Shown: piece after piece, positions 1 through 13,130 of the stretch
Position numbering within the stretch: the stretch's first letter is position 1
Layout: each line of letters opens with the position of its first letter
Notes under the pieces: generated by a model
What the model saw: the letters and a program-made list of their open reading frames with translations, nothing else
Databases searched by the model: none
What the model was told of the DNA's origin: nothing
Origin: Camelus dromedarius
Lineage: Eukaryota
Length of the DNA: 64,000 bases
Direction: 5' to 3'
Assembly: GCF_036321535.1 (NCBI RefSeq)
Contig: NC_087437.1
Coordinates: 84,074,001-84,138,000, forward strand
Program-made: the position numbers and the translations under genes

Positions 1-84
1 AATTACTCTACAAATACTTGTAGTTTTGATGTGTTCTTAGGGGGAGGTGAGCTCAGGTTATTCGGACTCTGCCTTCTTGATCCC
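1..84 (-). mobile_element. 5' end of an L1 element (continues past window start)
   Basis: Reverse complement gggatcaagaaggcagagt...gagctcacctcc...caccaaaactaca-like resembles mammalian L1 5' UTR starts. Confidence 0.55.
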
Positions 85-197
85 TGCCTCTATTCCTGTA
101 ATGTTTGTATGCTGAATAACAACTAATGGTGTTACTAAACAGCAGTTTATTTACCACCTTTCTATTAATATTTTAAAATAGCTTATCAAAACCTTGG

Positions 198-413
198 GAC
201 AGACTGGGATTTCAAAATTGTAGAATAGATAAACAAGATTACACTGTATAGCACAGGGAAATATACACAAAATGTTATGATAACTCACAGAGAAAAAAAT
301 GTGACAATGAGTGTGTATATGTCCATGAATGACTGAAAAATTGTGCTGAACACTGGAATTTGACACAACATTGTAAAATGATTATAAATCAATAAAAAAT
401 GTTAAAAAAAAAA
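198..413 (+). mobile_element. Young 5'-truncated L1 3' end, camelid type
   Basis: L1 3' UTR, AATAAA and poly(A). TSD aaaaccttgg at 188-197 and 410-419. Confidence 0.85.
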
Positions 414-450
414 CCTTGGTTTACATTTCACTGAAATATTCTGCACATAC

Positions 451-854
451 TGAACTGAAGTAAACTGGTGCATCATCTTCACTAGTACAAGCAGAGTACC
501 CATCTTGATCCAGCATGGTTGGATCGCAAGGGCAAACTCAAGGGTGAAATGCTGTATGCAGCAGCAACAGCAGACACTCAAGATTCACAACTTCCAATGC
601 ACTGCTTACAACAGCTCTGTATGATGTGTGATCAGCAGAAACTAGAATGTGCATGTTTTACAGATGTGATGGGTCTGATCCGAATATGGTCTTTTGATTT
701 GGCTCATATCTAGTTCCACATATGTAGAGCCATTCCATATATTAATGCTGTTGGCCTGAGCCTGAATTTCCCAATGACTGTTTTACACCCAGGAAGATCA
801 TCTGTAAGCTGGTGTTTGGATAATCCAATTTTCACGACAAGCAGGAATTCTTCT
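451..854 (-). pseudogene. Gene B fossil exon (BIG/Ig-like repeat)
   Basis: ttttag acceptor, gtatgt donor. Reads EEFLLVVKIG... and VSADHTSYRAVVSSALEVVNLECLLLLLHTAFHP*VCPCDPTML with stops and frameshifts. Confidence 0.55.
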
Positions 855-1207
855 CTAAAATCAGTTATAGAATCTCATGAACCTGTAATAAGTATTTCTG
901 TTGGAAAATCAGGGACCACAGAAGCAGTTTTCTATTATTGAGCTATAAATCCCATTAACCAAAAGTGTATATATACAATTTTGTATAAGAGTTTTGTATA
1001 AATCTTTCCATGTTAATCTTTGGTATATATATGTGTAAATATTTTAAACACAGTGTAGCAATTCTTAGCAGACCTTCCTTTATGCAGTTACAAACTCTCA
1101 ATCTATTTTATATATTTGCATATCAGATTTCTTTAAATTGAGACAAACTCTATAGATACTGTGGTCAAATAAGCTATTAAACCAAAATGACTACATTATC
1201 AACATAC

Positions 1208-1345
1208 ACTAATTTGTTTGTCTCTCCTCTTTGTCTCAAATGCATATTGCACAGGCCTCCACTATAACAGGTATTTGTTTTGCAGTGGTTTGATTCCATG
1301 ACCATTTCAACAGTGTGTGAGCACTTGTGAGAAGAATATACCTTT
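1208..1345 (-). pseudogene. Gene B fossil exon (BIG-like)
   Basis: ttttaacag / gtatgt. RYILLTSAHTLLKWSWNQTTAKQIPVIVEACAICI*, resembling TMEM132 'IEVSDTEL...W...QHATVRV'. Confidence 0.55.
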
Positions 1346-1645
1346 CTGTTAAAATTCTCATCCTCTAATACAGTGCTTAGTACACAGTAGGTGCTCAGTA
1401 AATACCTGTTAAATAAGTAATTAAAAAAATTAGTGGTCTTTGATATTCTTTGACTTATAAAACCAAAATTTTTCTGGTCAGTAAGTATTACTAAGTTATA
1501 AGTTTTCTAATACAGCTCCTTTAAAGGGGCAGGAATACTTGCAAAAGACACTTGGAATTAATATGATACTTCACTACAGCTGTTACCAAAGAAACATCAT
1601 ATTGAAGCACTATTAAGAAAATTAATCCTAAATTTTAATACATAC

Positions 1646-1884
1646 TTTTATTTTGAAGCCTGCAATTTTAGAACTTTGGCTCAAATTGCCATATTGATAA
1701 ATATATTCAGCTGTCATGTTTGACTGCATATTTTAATTTGAATGCATATGTAATATTCCTTTTTTACACTTTTACAAACTGGAGAACATAAAAATAACAG
1801 TGCTATTGCAAAAATCATCTAGCTGATACTGCATTTCCAAGTACAATCACCTCTGATTGTTCTCAAGTGGAACAACTTTGGTAA
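1646..1884 (-). pseudogene. Gene B fossil exon (BIG-like)
   Basis: tgtacag / gtatgt. QYQLDDFCNSTVIF... and AEYIYQYGNLSQSSKI, resembling TMEM132 'VSDRCDYVF...FTYQYLS'. Confidence 0.5.
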
Positions 1885-3367
1885 CTGTACAATTGACTGC
1901 AGTTACAATTCACTCAGCATATAATAGAGAAGTCAGGGGTACAGGTTGTATAAGACCCAGTCCCTGAAAAGGTAATGAGTATAGAGCTCAAGTTATATGA
2001 TAATTTTGGATACTATGTGGTTAAATGACTCATGAATGGTACGGATAATAAATGCCTGGAGTTTCAAGAAAAAACACATTAATGTCAGGTAGAGTAGCTA
2101 AAATTAGCCTAGAGATGTGACATTTTAACCAGACTTTTTTAATGGAAAGATAGAATGAGATGAAGAATGAAAGAAAAATGATCTGGAAATGAAAATGGGT
2201 ATTACCATTTCCTAGATATACAGAGGAAACCAACTGGGATAAAATGAAGAATAGACAGTGGGGAGAAGAGAGATATAAAGTAGTTGATGGAGGATGGCTA
2301 TTGAGTCTTATAAGAAAGCATAAATAAGTTTATATTGATACTAAAGGACACAGAAATATTTGAACAAAGGGACATAAGCTTATTTTAAGTGGAGTCTTAA
2401 AGAGATATGAGACAAGAAGTGAGAGGACCAGGTAGGAGACTAAGGCACTGATTCTGAGAATAAATGTTTAACAACAAAACAAGAGTGGTAGTAATGAAAA
2501 GAGGAAAATGTGACATTGTGAAGAAAAATGATTTTAAAAATATCATGAACAAAGGATAAGGTAGATATTAAGTACAGGTTAAATATATTTAATGATGTTG
2601 ACTATATCACTGTGGATAGAATTCAGCGCTTTTTACATAGAAATTTTATATTCAAAGCCTACTGGTTGAAATATATTGCCTTAGCCTTAGGTAAGTTATT
2701 TAACCACCACAAGTCTGAATTTACTTGTCTGTAACAAGAGATGAGAACTAACCTATCTGTTGAGATGATGCACAATATAATTATGTAATCAGTTTAGTTG
2801 GTGCCTAGTTCATTACAAGCAATGAATAAAGGCCAGATTCGTAAGTTTTAAGGTCAGTCATCCCACAAAAATTCATAATGCCAAGAAAGAAACTTTTCTG
2901 TACCCAAAATAGTCAGGAAATCAGCTGTAATGGTTAAACCAAATACCCTAGTCATGTATATCATAAATGAATTGCCATTTTCCAACAAATAGAATTAAAA
3001 ATGCACAGTATAATACTATAACTAAGCATAATAAAATATATTCTATCTTACATATCAAAAAAGTACTTGAGAATTTAACAAATATATGTTTAAGTTTTAT
3101 AATGTCTGATTTTATCCAACTTAATATCATACTCAATATTTTTAATGATACACACAAACACACACACAAATAATGGATTAGATTTGCTTTGTGGCAGAAA
3201 GGTAATCCAGGAGAAAGAAATTTTTGCACATTTTTTAACTCAGTGGAATAAAAGTTCTTGCTTAAGTCAAGTGAATTTATTTTTGTTGGAACATAATTTA
3301 TTGATTGAATAGGTCCAAGATTTATAACAGAATTATATACATATAGTTGCCCAATTTTTATGTGTAC

Positions 3368-3527
3368 TTTTAAGAAAAATTTAAGCCTGGTAGATAGATC
3401 TATAACATATCCAATAAATATTTCTCTCCTCTTTTTATCCTGTAGGAAGGATATCTTCTAAGCAACTCATCTTAAAGATTAGTAGAGAAAACATGCTTAT
3501 TGCAAGTGAATCTACTTGAATCCTATT
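3368..3527 (-). pseudogene. Gene B fossil exon (end of cohesin-like domain)
   Basis: aattctag acceptor, weak donor. RIQVDSLAISMFSLLIFKMSCLEDILPTG*KEERNIYW, resembling TMEM132 'EILQLDFE...RRITW'. Confidence 0.45.
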
Positions 3528-3769
3528 CTAGAATTAATTCACTCAACAAACATCTTGTTTACTCAATTTATTCAATCAACTCTGCTGAATGCATAAAAAG
3601 TCTTTGGTTTATCATTTAAAAAATTTCTTCACAATTCTTTTCTATGAGATTTGAGCATCTTTGTTCTTTTTCTCATGATGATGGAGAGTAATTTATCATA
3701 GGAATCCAGGAATTGTTTCTCTATGATAAATTCTCAAAGAAAGAATAAAGGTCTTCCTTTATCATTCTT

Positions 3770-4010
3770 AGATATAATGCAGCATTTAGGGGCAGAGATC
3801 TGAGTGCCAGATACTGTAGATTGAAATCTTGACCCATCCACTTATTAACTTTGTGACCTCAGGAAATTTAGTTAATCTCTCTGTATCTCATTTCTCATCT
3901 ATGAAACACTTGTAAAAACAGCACTTAGTGTGTAGAGGTATCTTGAGAATTAACTGAGTTCTTATTTCTAAAACAGTTAGCATCTGGCCCATGGTAGATG
4001 CTATGAAATG
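3770..4010 (+). mobile_element. MIR SINE
   Basis: MIR core (tgtgacctcaggaaatttagttaatctctctgtatctcatttctcatct). Other MIR fragments near 2650, 4620, 7590, 30870, 43500 and 60000. Confidence 0.75.
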
Positions 4011-4037
4011 ATTCCCTTACACATGATTTTATCTACC

Positions 4038-4203
4038 CATGTAATGGATCTTTACATTTTGGGGATCTAAAACACAAGAAATCAATTACTATTTGGAGAA
4101 TGGATAGCTATTCAATACATAAGTAAATATTTCATAATTTCACTATTTCTTAAATAAAACAGTATTGCTTTTCACATGGATAAAATTTACTCTTTTCAAA
4201 GTT
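4038..4203 (-). pseudogene. Gene B candidate fossil exon (start of cohesin-like domain)
   Basis: cctag / gtagat. NTVLFKK**NYEIFTYVLNSYPFSK**LISCVLD. Confidence 0.35.
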
Positions 4204-4446
4204 CTAGGACGTTTTCAAGGCTTAAAATAGTCTATCATTTAGTGAAAAAATCATTTATAACACACAACTGTATATACTTTTATCATGCCTCTCTCGCCCA
4301 CTATTTTTCCAAAAGAGAAGACAAATAGAGATTATGAAATGTTTAAGCCATTAGTGATTATTGAGATGACTTTTTTTGTAATTCAATGAGTTGCTTTTTA
4401 AAATACAAATTTGTACAGAAAAAAATCCCTCAGTCACAATCTGTAC

Positions 4447-4593
4447 CATACAGTCACCCTGTCCAATAAGCAGAAGACATGGGAGCCCAAGCAGAAGGAG
4501 CTGGGATGGGCAGCTGTGCTCTGCAGAAGTGACATGTGCTCAGACGACATGCGGTATGGGAAAACCTTGAGTTTACTTTGTTCGCCAGTATAT
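4447..4593 (-). pseudogene. Gene B fossil exon (second copy of TMEM132 N-terminal Cys motif)
   Basis: ttttgtgctaag / gtacag. ILANKVNSRFSHTACRLSTCHFCRAQLPIPAPSAW, resembling TMEM132 'GSCRL...LCVAELEL...W'. Confidence 0.6.
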
Positions 4594-4812
4594 CTTAGCA
4601 CAAAATAGTACGTTTTAAAATAGCGCTCCTCTTTTACAAGGGAGGAGACAGAGCTTTAGAAAAATAAAGCTCATTCCTCAGAATTACACGTTGAGATAGT
4701 AACAGCTGGACCTAGTATTCCAGGCTTCCAACTCCCTGGATTGACATTTTCCCTCCACAACATAATCACTGAGATCTCTACCCCTTAAACATTTCATTAG
4801 CTCTTTCTGGAC

Positions 4813-4968
4813 TTTTTTCTAATTTATTTCCTTCTCCTTGAAGTATCATAATCAGAGCCATCTGTAGTATTGTGGGGCAGAGCTACTACGGTTTTGTTCA
4901 AAATCGGGTATGATATTTTGTTTTATGGCAACTCTCCCATTCTTACAATCTCTATTACCATCAAAAGT
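4813..4968 (-). pseudogene. Gene B candidate fossil exon
   Basis: TFDGNRDCKNGRVAIKQNII / KTVVALPH. The phase-0 start fits the preceding exon. Donor uncertain. Confidence 0.35.
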
Positions 4969-4979
4969 CTTATGTAGTC

Positions 4980-5640
4980 TCCTAACTTTGCATCTAGCAG
5001 GCAAATCACTATGTCCATTCCTGTGGCTCCATCTCCAAAATAGATCCTAAATCTGTCCCTTTATCTCCGCTTCCCCTGCTAATACCCAAGTACACATCAC
5101 TACCATCTTTTGCCTGAATTATTCCAATAATTTTCTGCACTTCTGCAAACACCACCTTACAACACAGTTTTGATAGTATAGTCAGAGTGATCTTTAAAAA
5201 ATGTCAGTCAGCACTTAAGGATGGAGATGCTGTCTTTACTGCTTAATCTCTCCAATTGCTAGAATTACATTTTTAATAAAATCAGATTCCTCTTGTAGTG
5301 TAAAGGGTGGTTCTATAAGATCTGGCCCCTCCTACCTCTCTAATCCCTCTCTTCCACCCTCACTTTGTTCCAGTCATCCTGGTCCTCTTGTTCCTTTGGA
5401 ATTCACCAACGATATCTGTGCTTTAGGACTGATCCTCTAACCACTCTCCATCTTATCACATGTTCTTATTTTTTGCATAATGTTACTACAATTTGAATTT
5501 ATTTTGTTCATTTATTAGTTTAATTTTTACTGCTCTTATTGAGAGTAGGAAACACCATTCTTGTTTATGACTTATCCCTCGCACTTAGACAGAAATTGGC
5601 AAGGGGAGTTTACTCAGGGAGTATTTGCTGAATGAGTCTG
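4980..5640 (+). mobile_element. L2 LINE 3' fragment
   Basis: L2-like body ending gtatttgctgaatgag. Other L2 pieces near 1370, 2040-2520, 7300-8290, 18290-19260, 23270-23830 and 61860-62620. Confidence 0.65.
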
Positions 5641-5770
5641 TATGACTCTCATGGTCAAGATAGGTTCAACTATCTTCTCACTCATTTATCAGTAAATTGT
5701 TATTACTATTCACTAGAGAAGATATCATCTTTAATATTCCTTCTCCAACACACCCTCAGGATGCCCCTAC

Positions 5771-5926
5771 CAGAGCTTGGACTTCAAACTTCTTCAGAGT
5801 TTTTGCAATCAATTTCAACAGTACTCTTTTACTCTGTAACAAACATGATCTCTGTTCACAGAAAGAGAGCCTATTTTTGAGTATCATAAAGGAGTTTCTC
5901 GCGTAAAGAGTATATAAGAGTTCTGT
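5771..5926 (-). pseudogene. Gene B fossil exon
   Basis: tattttccctcag / gtaggg, 156 nt. TELLYTLYARN (cf. TMEM132 'VELYYT') and, in a shifted frame, KIGSLSV (cf. 'RIGSVSL'). Confidence 0.65.
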
Positions 5927-6004
5927 CTGAGGGAAAATATTCATTTATGTCTCTAGCCTTTCAGTAATTTTCCTTACTTCATAAAATGCAGTTTTCTCTA
6001 TTAC

Positions 6005-6107
6005 TCTGTCATCTCCTTGAGGCTTCTTCTTTTTGCACACATGGAACCCTCAGCTGTAAAAGCAACGTCGTCAGCATGTTTGGCTGTGTGTGTACGCATT
6101 AGAGTGC
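6005..6107 (-). pseudogene. Gene B fossil exon (first copy of Cys motif)
   Basis: ctaactag / gtaata. HSNAYTHSQTC*RRC then shifted LLQLRVPCV. A 78-nt intron separates it from the next exon. Confidence 0.5.
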
Positions 6108-8427
6108 CTAGTTAGAGTACCTTGCCAACGATGAGCAATCAAAAATTATGAGCTAGTGATGAAGATTCTGATCCTTATGTGCCTATGTGCCAGCATTAAT
6201 TCAGGCAGTGAGGAATTTATGTCTTCACTGGGTATTGGGTATTGGGAAATATAAGGGCTATGTGCTGCTGCTTATAACAGCACTTTCTTAATTAAGATTG
6301 GAAGCCAGATTTAGCTTTACTCAATATGCATTATTGCCTTACAGATGAGAACACTGAGGCAGTGCAGTGTGATGAAAGATGTAAGCAGTTTAATTACAGT
6401 ATCTTAGTGTTATATAAAAAAACTGTTCCTTTACAAAAAAAGTTATTAAATTACTAAAGAGAGCTTACTATTTGCTTTCTGGGGGTTTTCCTTTCAAGTA
6501 CATTTCCTAATTAAATAATAGTTTTTTAGACATGTTTACTTTTCTCCAATAATAAACAATGCTCTACTGGTTGTATGTTTTATGTTCTCTAGGAGGTAAG
6601 CTAATATGAATCGGATGACTTGCATAAACTGCCCCGAGGATAAGACTATCCCAATTAAGAATTCAAGTTTTTGTAGCAAGTATTAATAGATTTTAGGCTT
6701 CAGGTAACTTTCAATTTTCCTATATTGACTGTAACTATGAAAAAGACTTTGAATATTTAATAAAATATTTAAGACTGAAGAAATAATCAAGACCAATGCT
6801 AATCAAAAGACTCCCAGAGACAATTTTTCAGTGTTGTCATATTTATAGATGTATTTAATGAGTAAACTACTTCAGTGATTTAAGAGACGTTAGAGAAACT
6901 GACAAGGGTTACTGCTTGATAATTTATTGGAGGAAATGAAACTTTCATTTACCAAATTCCATAAAACATATCTTGATATCTTGGGTATACTCATGTTGAA
7001 ATGCAGTACAATTGTCCAACTGACAAATGAGCTTTTCTTTGGTTATTGAAAAATAGATAAAATTCACAAACTGAGCAATCAGACATTAGACTGATTGTTT
7101 TCTCTGCTTCCTAAAATGCAATTTGATTATAATTTATATGTAATTTCTGAACCAAAGTACCTTAGGCCTTTTGCCAAATGTTTCCAACTTAAACCAGTCA
7201 TTATACTTCAGCCTAATTAAAAATAAACTGCACAGAACTATCATATTTTCACATCTGCCCTATTTATGCCTCCAGCAGGCAATCAAAGCTATGTCCACGT
7301 CTATTTCCACTGTTGGATTGCAGGCTCCTAGTGTGCAAAGAGTATGCCATTTTCATCTTTGTATCCTCTCACACCTAACTTGGGGCCTTCTACATGGGCT
7401 GCTGAGCACTACTAAGCTTTCAGTAAATATCTGTTGAATTAAACTGGAAGAAAGGACTGAGAAATTATACTAAGAATCTGAGTAAAAGAGACAGTCAGCA
7501 TTTAACGTGGACACTGGCATTGCTAGAGGGAACATAGGCACAGAGGTTGCCAGAATGAAAACACCACAGGACAGAAATTAATAATTTACTGAACATTTAT
7601 TATGTACCAGGCATGTCGTAAAACATAACTGCACCATCTCATTCAATCAATCACAGACAATTTGTAAGGTGGAAAGGATTTATCTCATTACAATATACAT
7701 GATAGGCCTGAGGCAATACAGTGCTGTGGTTAAGCTCATGGATTCTGCTTACAGACTGGAGTTTGATTCCTGATTTTGCCAATTAAAACCTCTCTGTAGC
7801 ACTCACTCAGGTAGAAGCCTAGCGGGAGACTGGGAAACCTCTCTCAAAATGTAAAACACAACACTTTCTGACACTGCTATCAAATTTCTATTAAGGAATT
7901 CCTCTTACACTTGAATGAGTAGTGCTTGGTATTTAAGACCCTTCACAATCTGGTCCTGGCAAGCCTTCATAACTTCTTGCCCACTGTCAATGAACACAGC
8001 TACCTTAAACTACTTTTTCTTTTTTTTTCACCAAACACATCCTGAATTCTCCAGAGCCTTTGCAAATGCTGCTCTTTAACCTAGAATATCCTTATCTGAG
8101 GCTGAGCTCAAATCCTAGTTTTTTCATGAGATTGAGATTTTTTCTATTTAAAGGGCAAATGTTTGCTGTCATTGTTCTCCATGATTTATTTCTATCAATA
8201 AGGGTCTGTTTCAAAGTTAACTTGTGGCCACCCCCAGCCCCTCTCATTAGCTAATGAATTCCTTGAGGTTAGAGGACAATTATGTGATTCATATTTTTTT
8301 AAATTTTAAAATATGTATAAATATTTGAAATTATACATTAGTTATTTAAAGAACCAACATAATTCCATAGAGGTTAAGTCTGACAAAGTGGCAAAGCCAG
8401 GATTAGAACTCAGATTGTCTTGCTCTC

Positions 8428-8605
8428 ACTGGTGGTTTTCAACCTCAGACGCAAATTAGAACCAGCTAAGGAGCTCTGAAAATTACTGATGCCCTGGTTA
8501 TACCCTGGGTCAGTTAAATCAGAATCTCTGGTGGTGGTGGTGGAGGGGGCAGTTCCTCAATTTTCTGAGGTTATTCTAATGTACAGCCAGAGTTGCCAAG
8601 TACCA
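8428..8605 (+). mobile_element. MER5A-like hAT-Charlie MITE
   Basis: ggtggttttcaacct...ttaaatcagaatctctgg...ttctaatgtacagccagagttg. Similar copies at ~44060-44220 and ~46835-47010. Confidence 0.75.
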
Positions 8606-8756
8606 TGACATGACACATGTGTTCCCCATAAACCCATTCTTACATTTATGAATGCAATTAAGAAAAATAATATCTAAATAACTGCCTTGCTTAATTTTAC
8701 CACCCCTCAAGTCACATTCTACGAAAAAGGACCCACAGATTTCAGCCATGGCTCAC

Positions 8757-9001
8757 CAAGGATTTAACAATAATCAAAACTAAATTCATCATTGTATTCT
8801 TTTCAGACAAGATGCTTGTCACCGGCTAATGGAAGAGGAGCTGGAAGCTCTCTCTCCTCTAACTTTCTCCTTGTCTCATATGTGCCTGTACCAACAATGC
8901 TGATGCCTCAAGGCAGTGGGAGTTGTGCTTGGCCAGTGAACTCTGGTCAACTGTAATTAAGCAAACTCCTTCAGGAAACAGAACTGGACTTGCCTGGCCA
9001 A
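8757..9001 (-). pseudogene. Gene B fossil exon (TMEM132 N-terminal domain)
   Basis: Strong acceptor (ctcactgctgctctctccccag) and donor (ttg|gtgagc). GQASPVLFP...SALLVQAHMRQGES*RRESFQLLFH then shifted (I)AGDKH...DYC, resembling TMEM132 'PKVQVLFHI.GRDW...PC'. Confidence 0.7.
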
Positions 9002-9789
9002 CTGGGGAGAGAGCAGCAGTGAGAGTAGGCTGAATAAATGTCAGACACCTCTGAGTCACAATCACCATCCAAGTGTAAGAAAATTACATGCACATAAATG
9101 CCAAGCCAGTGAAAACCATTTTGTTTTCCTGATGTTGATTTCACTCTCATGTAAAATGTGTTCAGACACTGGCACTTTCAATGTTAAATTGCTCTAATGA
9201 CTTTTCATTATAAGTGGCTTTGTTATTTCAAGAATTTCACTGGGGAAAGAAAAAATGGTAAGAAAAACTCCATTTTATTAACTGTAGTTTTTATCCCTAT
9301 ATAAACTTTGGTTTTGGTTCCTTCAGCCAAATGAATATCTCAATAATTCAATGGGCCAAAGCAAAGCGCTCACTAGTTTCACCTTATCCCCTTAGGTCCT
9401 CTTATGATGCTGCTGAGCAATCCAGTGTGCTATTTATGTCCTGCCCTGTGCAGAATTGGCAAAAGTGGAGCCAGGGCTAGGGAGTTCTGTAGTTATTGGG
9501 CTAGAATTTAGAATCTAGAAGCTGGAATAGCCAGCAGATGAGAGCCAGCAGCTAAATTGAATCCAGAATCAAAAGTATGTCAGATATAAATGACAGCACC
9601 AGAGGAATTTAAACAGTCACAGACAGATTTTTCTTTCGGTACGATTCCCTACAGCTCCAGCAATGCTTTCAGAAACTAGGATACCTTAAAGGTGTCTTTT
9701 AACTGACAATATTCCTTGTTTCCCTTTGGACTGCAATGAAATGGCTTAAAACTATTTTAGGAAGCTGAGTAAGAATAAAGAATGCAACA

Positions 9790-10190
9790 ATGTAATCTTA
9801 ATTTGGGTTCTTTGATATGTTGACTCTGAAACAAGAATCCAGCATAAATTGTTTATTTGGAAAGTGAAGGGGGCCTGAGGAAAAATGAGATAAGGAAGTG
9901 AAGCTAGCATATAAAGATGTTTTAAGCCAGGTACTAGTATGGGTGACTGGAGTTTAATCCAGCTGGGGAAACCATGACAGCAAGAGTAGGACACACACCT
10001 CAAAATTATCCTACCTAACTCGGAGAAGGGGAGAGTTGGGTTATTTATACACCAACTCTCAAAAGTCATTCACTGAGAACTGCTCCTGGGCACATTAATT
10101 CCCCATAAAGTAAAATCCAGGCTCAAGGGGCCAGTGGATTCTTAAGTCATAAAAGTGAAAGGCTGGGGCATGATAGCACCTGTTACGAAT
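9790..10190. mobile_element. MaLR (MLT1-type) LTR
   Basis: gactctgaaacaagaatc...gtttatttggaaagtga...agttgggttatttatacaccaactc. Confidence 0.6.
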
Positions 10191-11149
10191 ATAGATTTGG
10201 CTGTAGTATATTGCTCCTTTCAGAACTGTATTATGTCTTCACTTAGACTCTAGGGGTACTTAAATTATTCAGACTCTCATAGGCAGTCTCTACTGACCCT
10301 GCCCATTGCTTCTCCTAAGTATCCATGGCTTAAGGGTTGCTCTTTCTTGGGACAACTTATGAGGGATTCTGGCATTTCCATTCAGGTTTAATCAGATCCT
10401 CCTCCAACACATATACACTGTCGCCAAGAGTGAAGGAAGCTCTGCTAGAGTGTGAAACCCTGACCTCTTAGAATAGTGCATGAAATTTTCAGCAAACTCA
10501 CTAGCATCTTTAAAATATTGATGATTTTTTTTTGTATTGTAAAAGTAAAAATGGTTTATTTGAGAGAAGTTAAAACTTCTGAACTAAGTAGAAAGCACAT
10601 GTGACCTAAAATGTGAAATGGAGAAAAGCAGACCTACAACAGTTCTGAACTCCTCCTGGCTCAAACTGTAATAACTTCCCATCTCCAAAGTGGAGAGGAT
10701 ATAAAGCCTAAAATGAAAGGACTTCGTGATGAAAAGCAGAGGAGACTAGGACATTTCTGAAGCTAAATTTACCTTTCTAAAGAGATATAATTACAATTCT
10801 ATTCTACTTCATTTAACCCATTTCTAGCCTAAATCATGACATGGAATTGCCCAAAGCATGTAAAAAGCATAATAATTTTGTTTGGATAAAATGACTAAAA
10901 AAATAAACAGACAAACAAACAAAACTGCAGTATGATTGTTTTTAATCTCACTGCTCACTGTCTTACATAAGTAACAATAACATTTTAGGGAACAACATCC
11001 CACCTGACCTTCTTAGGACCTGCATGAGCCTGCATTCTGAAAGCAAGCTTTTATTTCAAAAGACATATTTCTTAAAGAATTTAAAGCAAGTATTTAAAAT
11101 ACATTTTATGATACAGATGATCTTCACTCATACCCATTGGCCCATCTCA

Positions 11150-11263
11150 TACCATAGTGTCCATAAAGTCTGAAAACAGATAATGTTATTTATTTTTTAC
11201 AGACAGAAGTTCTTCTTGTTGGTATCATATTTGTATGTTTCCAAACTTTATAGACACCCTATA
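11150..11263. mobile_element. Small TcMar-type MITE
   Basis: Imperfect ~28-nt terminal inverted repeats: agtgtccataaagtctgaaaaca and tgtttccaaactttatagacaccctata. Confidence 0.6.
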
Positions 11264-11349
11264 AAACAGTTTTTAGCATCATCCCCAGCAGAATAGAACG
11301 TAGTAATGTCATGGTGGCAGATTAACTTGCACCATAGAAATTTGTTTCT

Positions 11350-11810
11350 TCCCCACAATAATGTTCTTAAGAGTCATCCATGCTGATATATGTAGATGTA
11401 GTTTAATCACTGCAAGTGACGTTGACATTCCAAATATGAAAATACTATTGTTTATCTATTTCTATATTGCTAGTCATTTAAGTTTTTAAACCTATCTGCT
11501 CTTAAAAATAATGCTGTGATAAACATCTTTGCATATACTATTATGCATACATCTAGGAAAATTTTTGCTAGAAAAATATGGAATTTCTGAATCATAGATT
11601 ACATACTCTTCAGCTTTACTAGATATTACCAAATTTGTCTCTGAAGTGATTAAATCAATTTATAGTTTCAATAACAGTGAATGAGAGTTCCTGTTTTCCC
11701 ATATCTTCAAATATACTTGTCGTAATCAAAATTTTGGATTTTTTGCCAATCAGATGTGCAAAATGGTATTTCTCTTGTTTTAATTTGCATTCTCTTGACA
11801 TCTGGGGAGA
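11350..11810 (-). mobile_element. Old L1 (L1M-type) fragment
   Basis: atgagagttcctgttttcccatatctt...ttgttttaatttgcatt. Further old L1 pieces near 14200-14820, 38800-39180 and 41600-42920. Confidence 0.7.
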
Positions 11811-11829
11811 GAGTAGACGACTGTATAAT

Positions 11830-13130
11830 TATTTCTAATCATTTACTGCTCTAACTGTAAAAGGATTGTACCACCCCACCCTATCCAACAATTGACATTA
11901 GGCTTGACCCTGTGTCTCGCCAATAGAATGGAACAGAAAACATACATGCCATTTCTAAGTAGAAGCTTCAAGAGCTGTCGTGACTCTACCATTTTGCTTT
12001 TCCCTCTGCCTCATAACAACAAATTTTAGAAAAGGGCTGATACTTCATCCTGTATTACAGAAAGAAGACAAGCCACAAAGCAAAGCCCTACAGCTAGTGT
12101 AAACAAGTGGTAAAACTTTGTTGTTTTAACTTACCAGTGAAATTTTGGGTCCTTTGTCATCATAATATAACCCAGTTAAGGCAGACGACTCATTCGTTAC
12201 ATACAATGGCTATGAAAATATGTCATTGCTATAAAACAACAAAACACTAAAATATATGGTATTATCTCCTAGGCCTGGTTAGAGAATAGTTGTTGAGCTA
12301 GAAATATGGCAACTGGTATTACACAGTAGTGAAATACTTGGTAACATGTGGTAAATTGCTAACACGCCAAGACAGCTTATAGTTTTAGATTAAAAGATTA
12401 GGAAATTAAATGTTATCAGTAAATCTTAAATGCTACTGGCTGCATTTGACAAAGAGATGAGCTCACAAAAAACTGGCTGTTTGGCAAACAACAATGAAAG
12501 TGAATAGAGATCCTCAAAATTCATGTCTTACAAGGTTATAGCAATCAATTGTTTCTCATTTCCACTCACTGAGAAATGTTTTGAGTGGCGAACGCTGATA
12601 AAGTAACTCAAGGGTTAGGTTACCACATACTTTATTAAAACTTTTGAATTGATTAATTTAGCACCCAGTAAATCCTGTAAGTTGAATTTGCATACTCTCA
12701 CATGGCATGGCTCTCTCAAGAAGCCTGATAAAGGTCTAGGTACTGGTAATCAAGTCTAGAGAGAGCCATTATCGCCACAAGATCTATGAGTTAGCACACA
12801 GAACACATAAGAGTTACACAATAAAGAAAACCAAGTTTTTGAAAGTTGTGAGCTATCCTGCCATGAAAGCTACTAGCCTGGATTGGAAGAGTTAAAAACT
12901 TAAAAACAACCATTGGGCCCCAAATTCCATAGATAGGAAGCAGGGTGAGAGGTTTGCTTAGCTGCTGAGGAAGGTATTTTTAAACACCTGCTTTCAGAAA
13001 TGGCTAAGGAACATCTTGGGAAAGGAAGGACCCAGACAGTGAGACCATGAGCCATGGAAACAGTGGACTGGGGAGTTATTTCCAGGATACAGAACCTAGG
13101 AAGCAAGGGAGGATCCCACAGTTTTGAAAA
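11830..13130 (+). mobile_element. MaLR LTR plus internal-region remnant
   Basis: MLT1-like LTR (~11830-12190) followed by MLT-int-like sequence. Confidence 0.55.

Noticed and set aside
3691..3731. 11-bp perfect inverted repeat (atttatcatag...ctatgataaat); similar 9-bp stem at ~54804-54823
   Set aside because: Short AT-rich stems are expected by chance in 64 kb, with no other support for an RNA structure.
9752..10069. 105-aa minus-strand ORF
   Set aside because: Falls inside a MaLR LTR.
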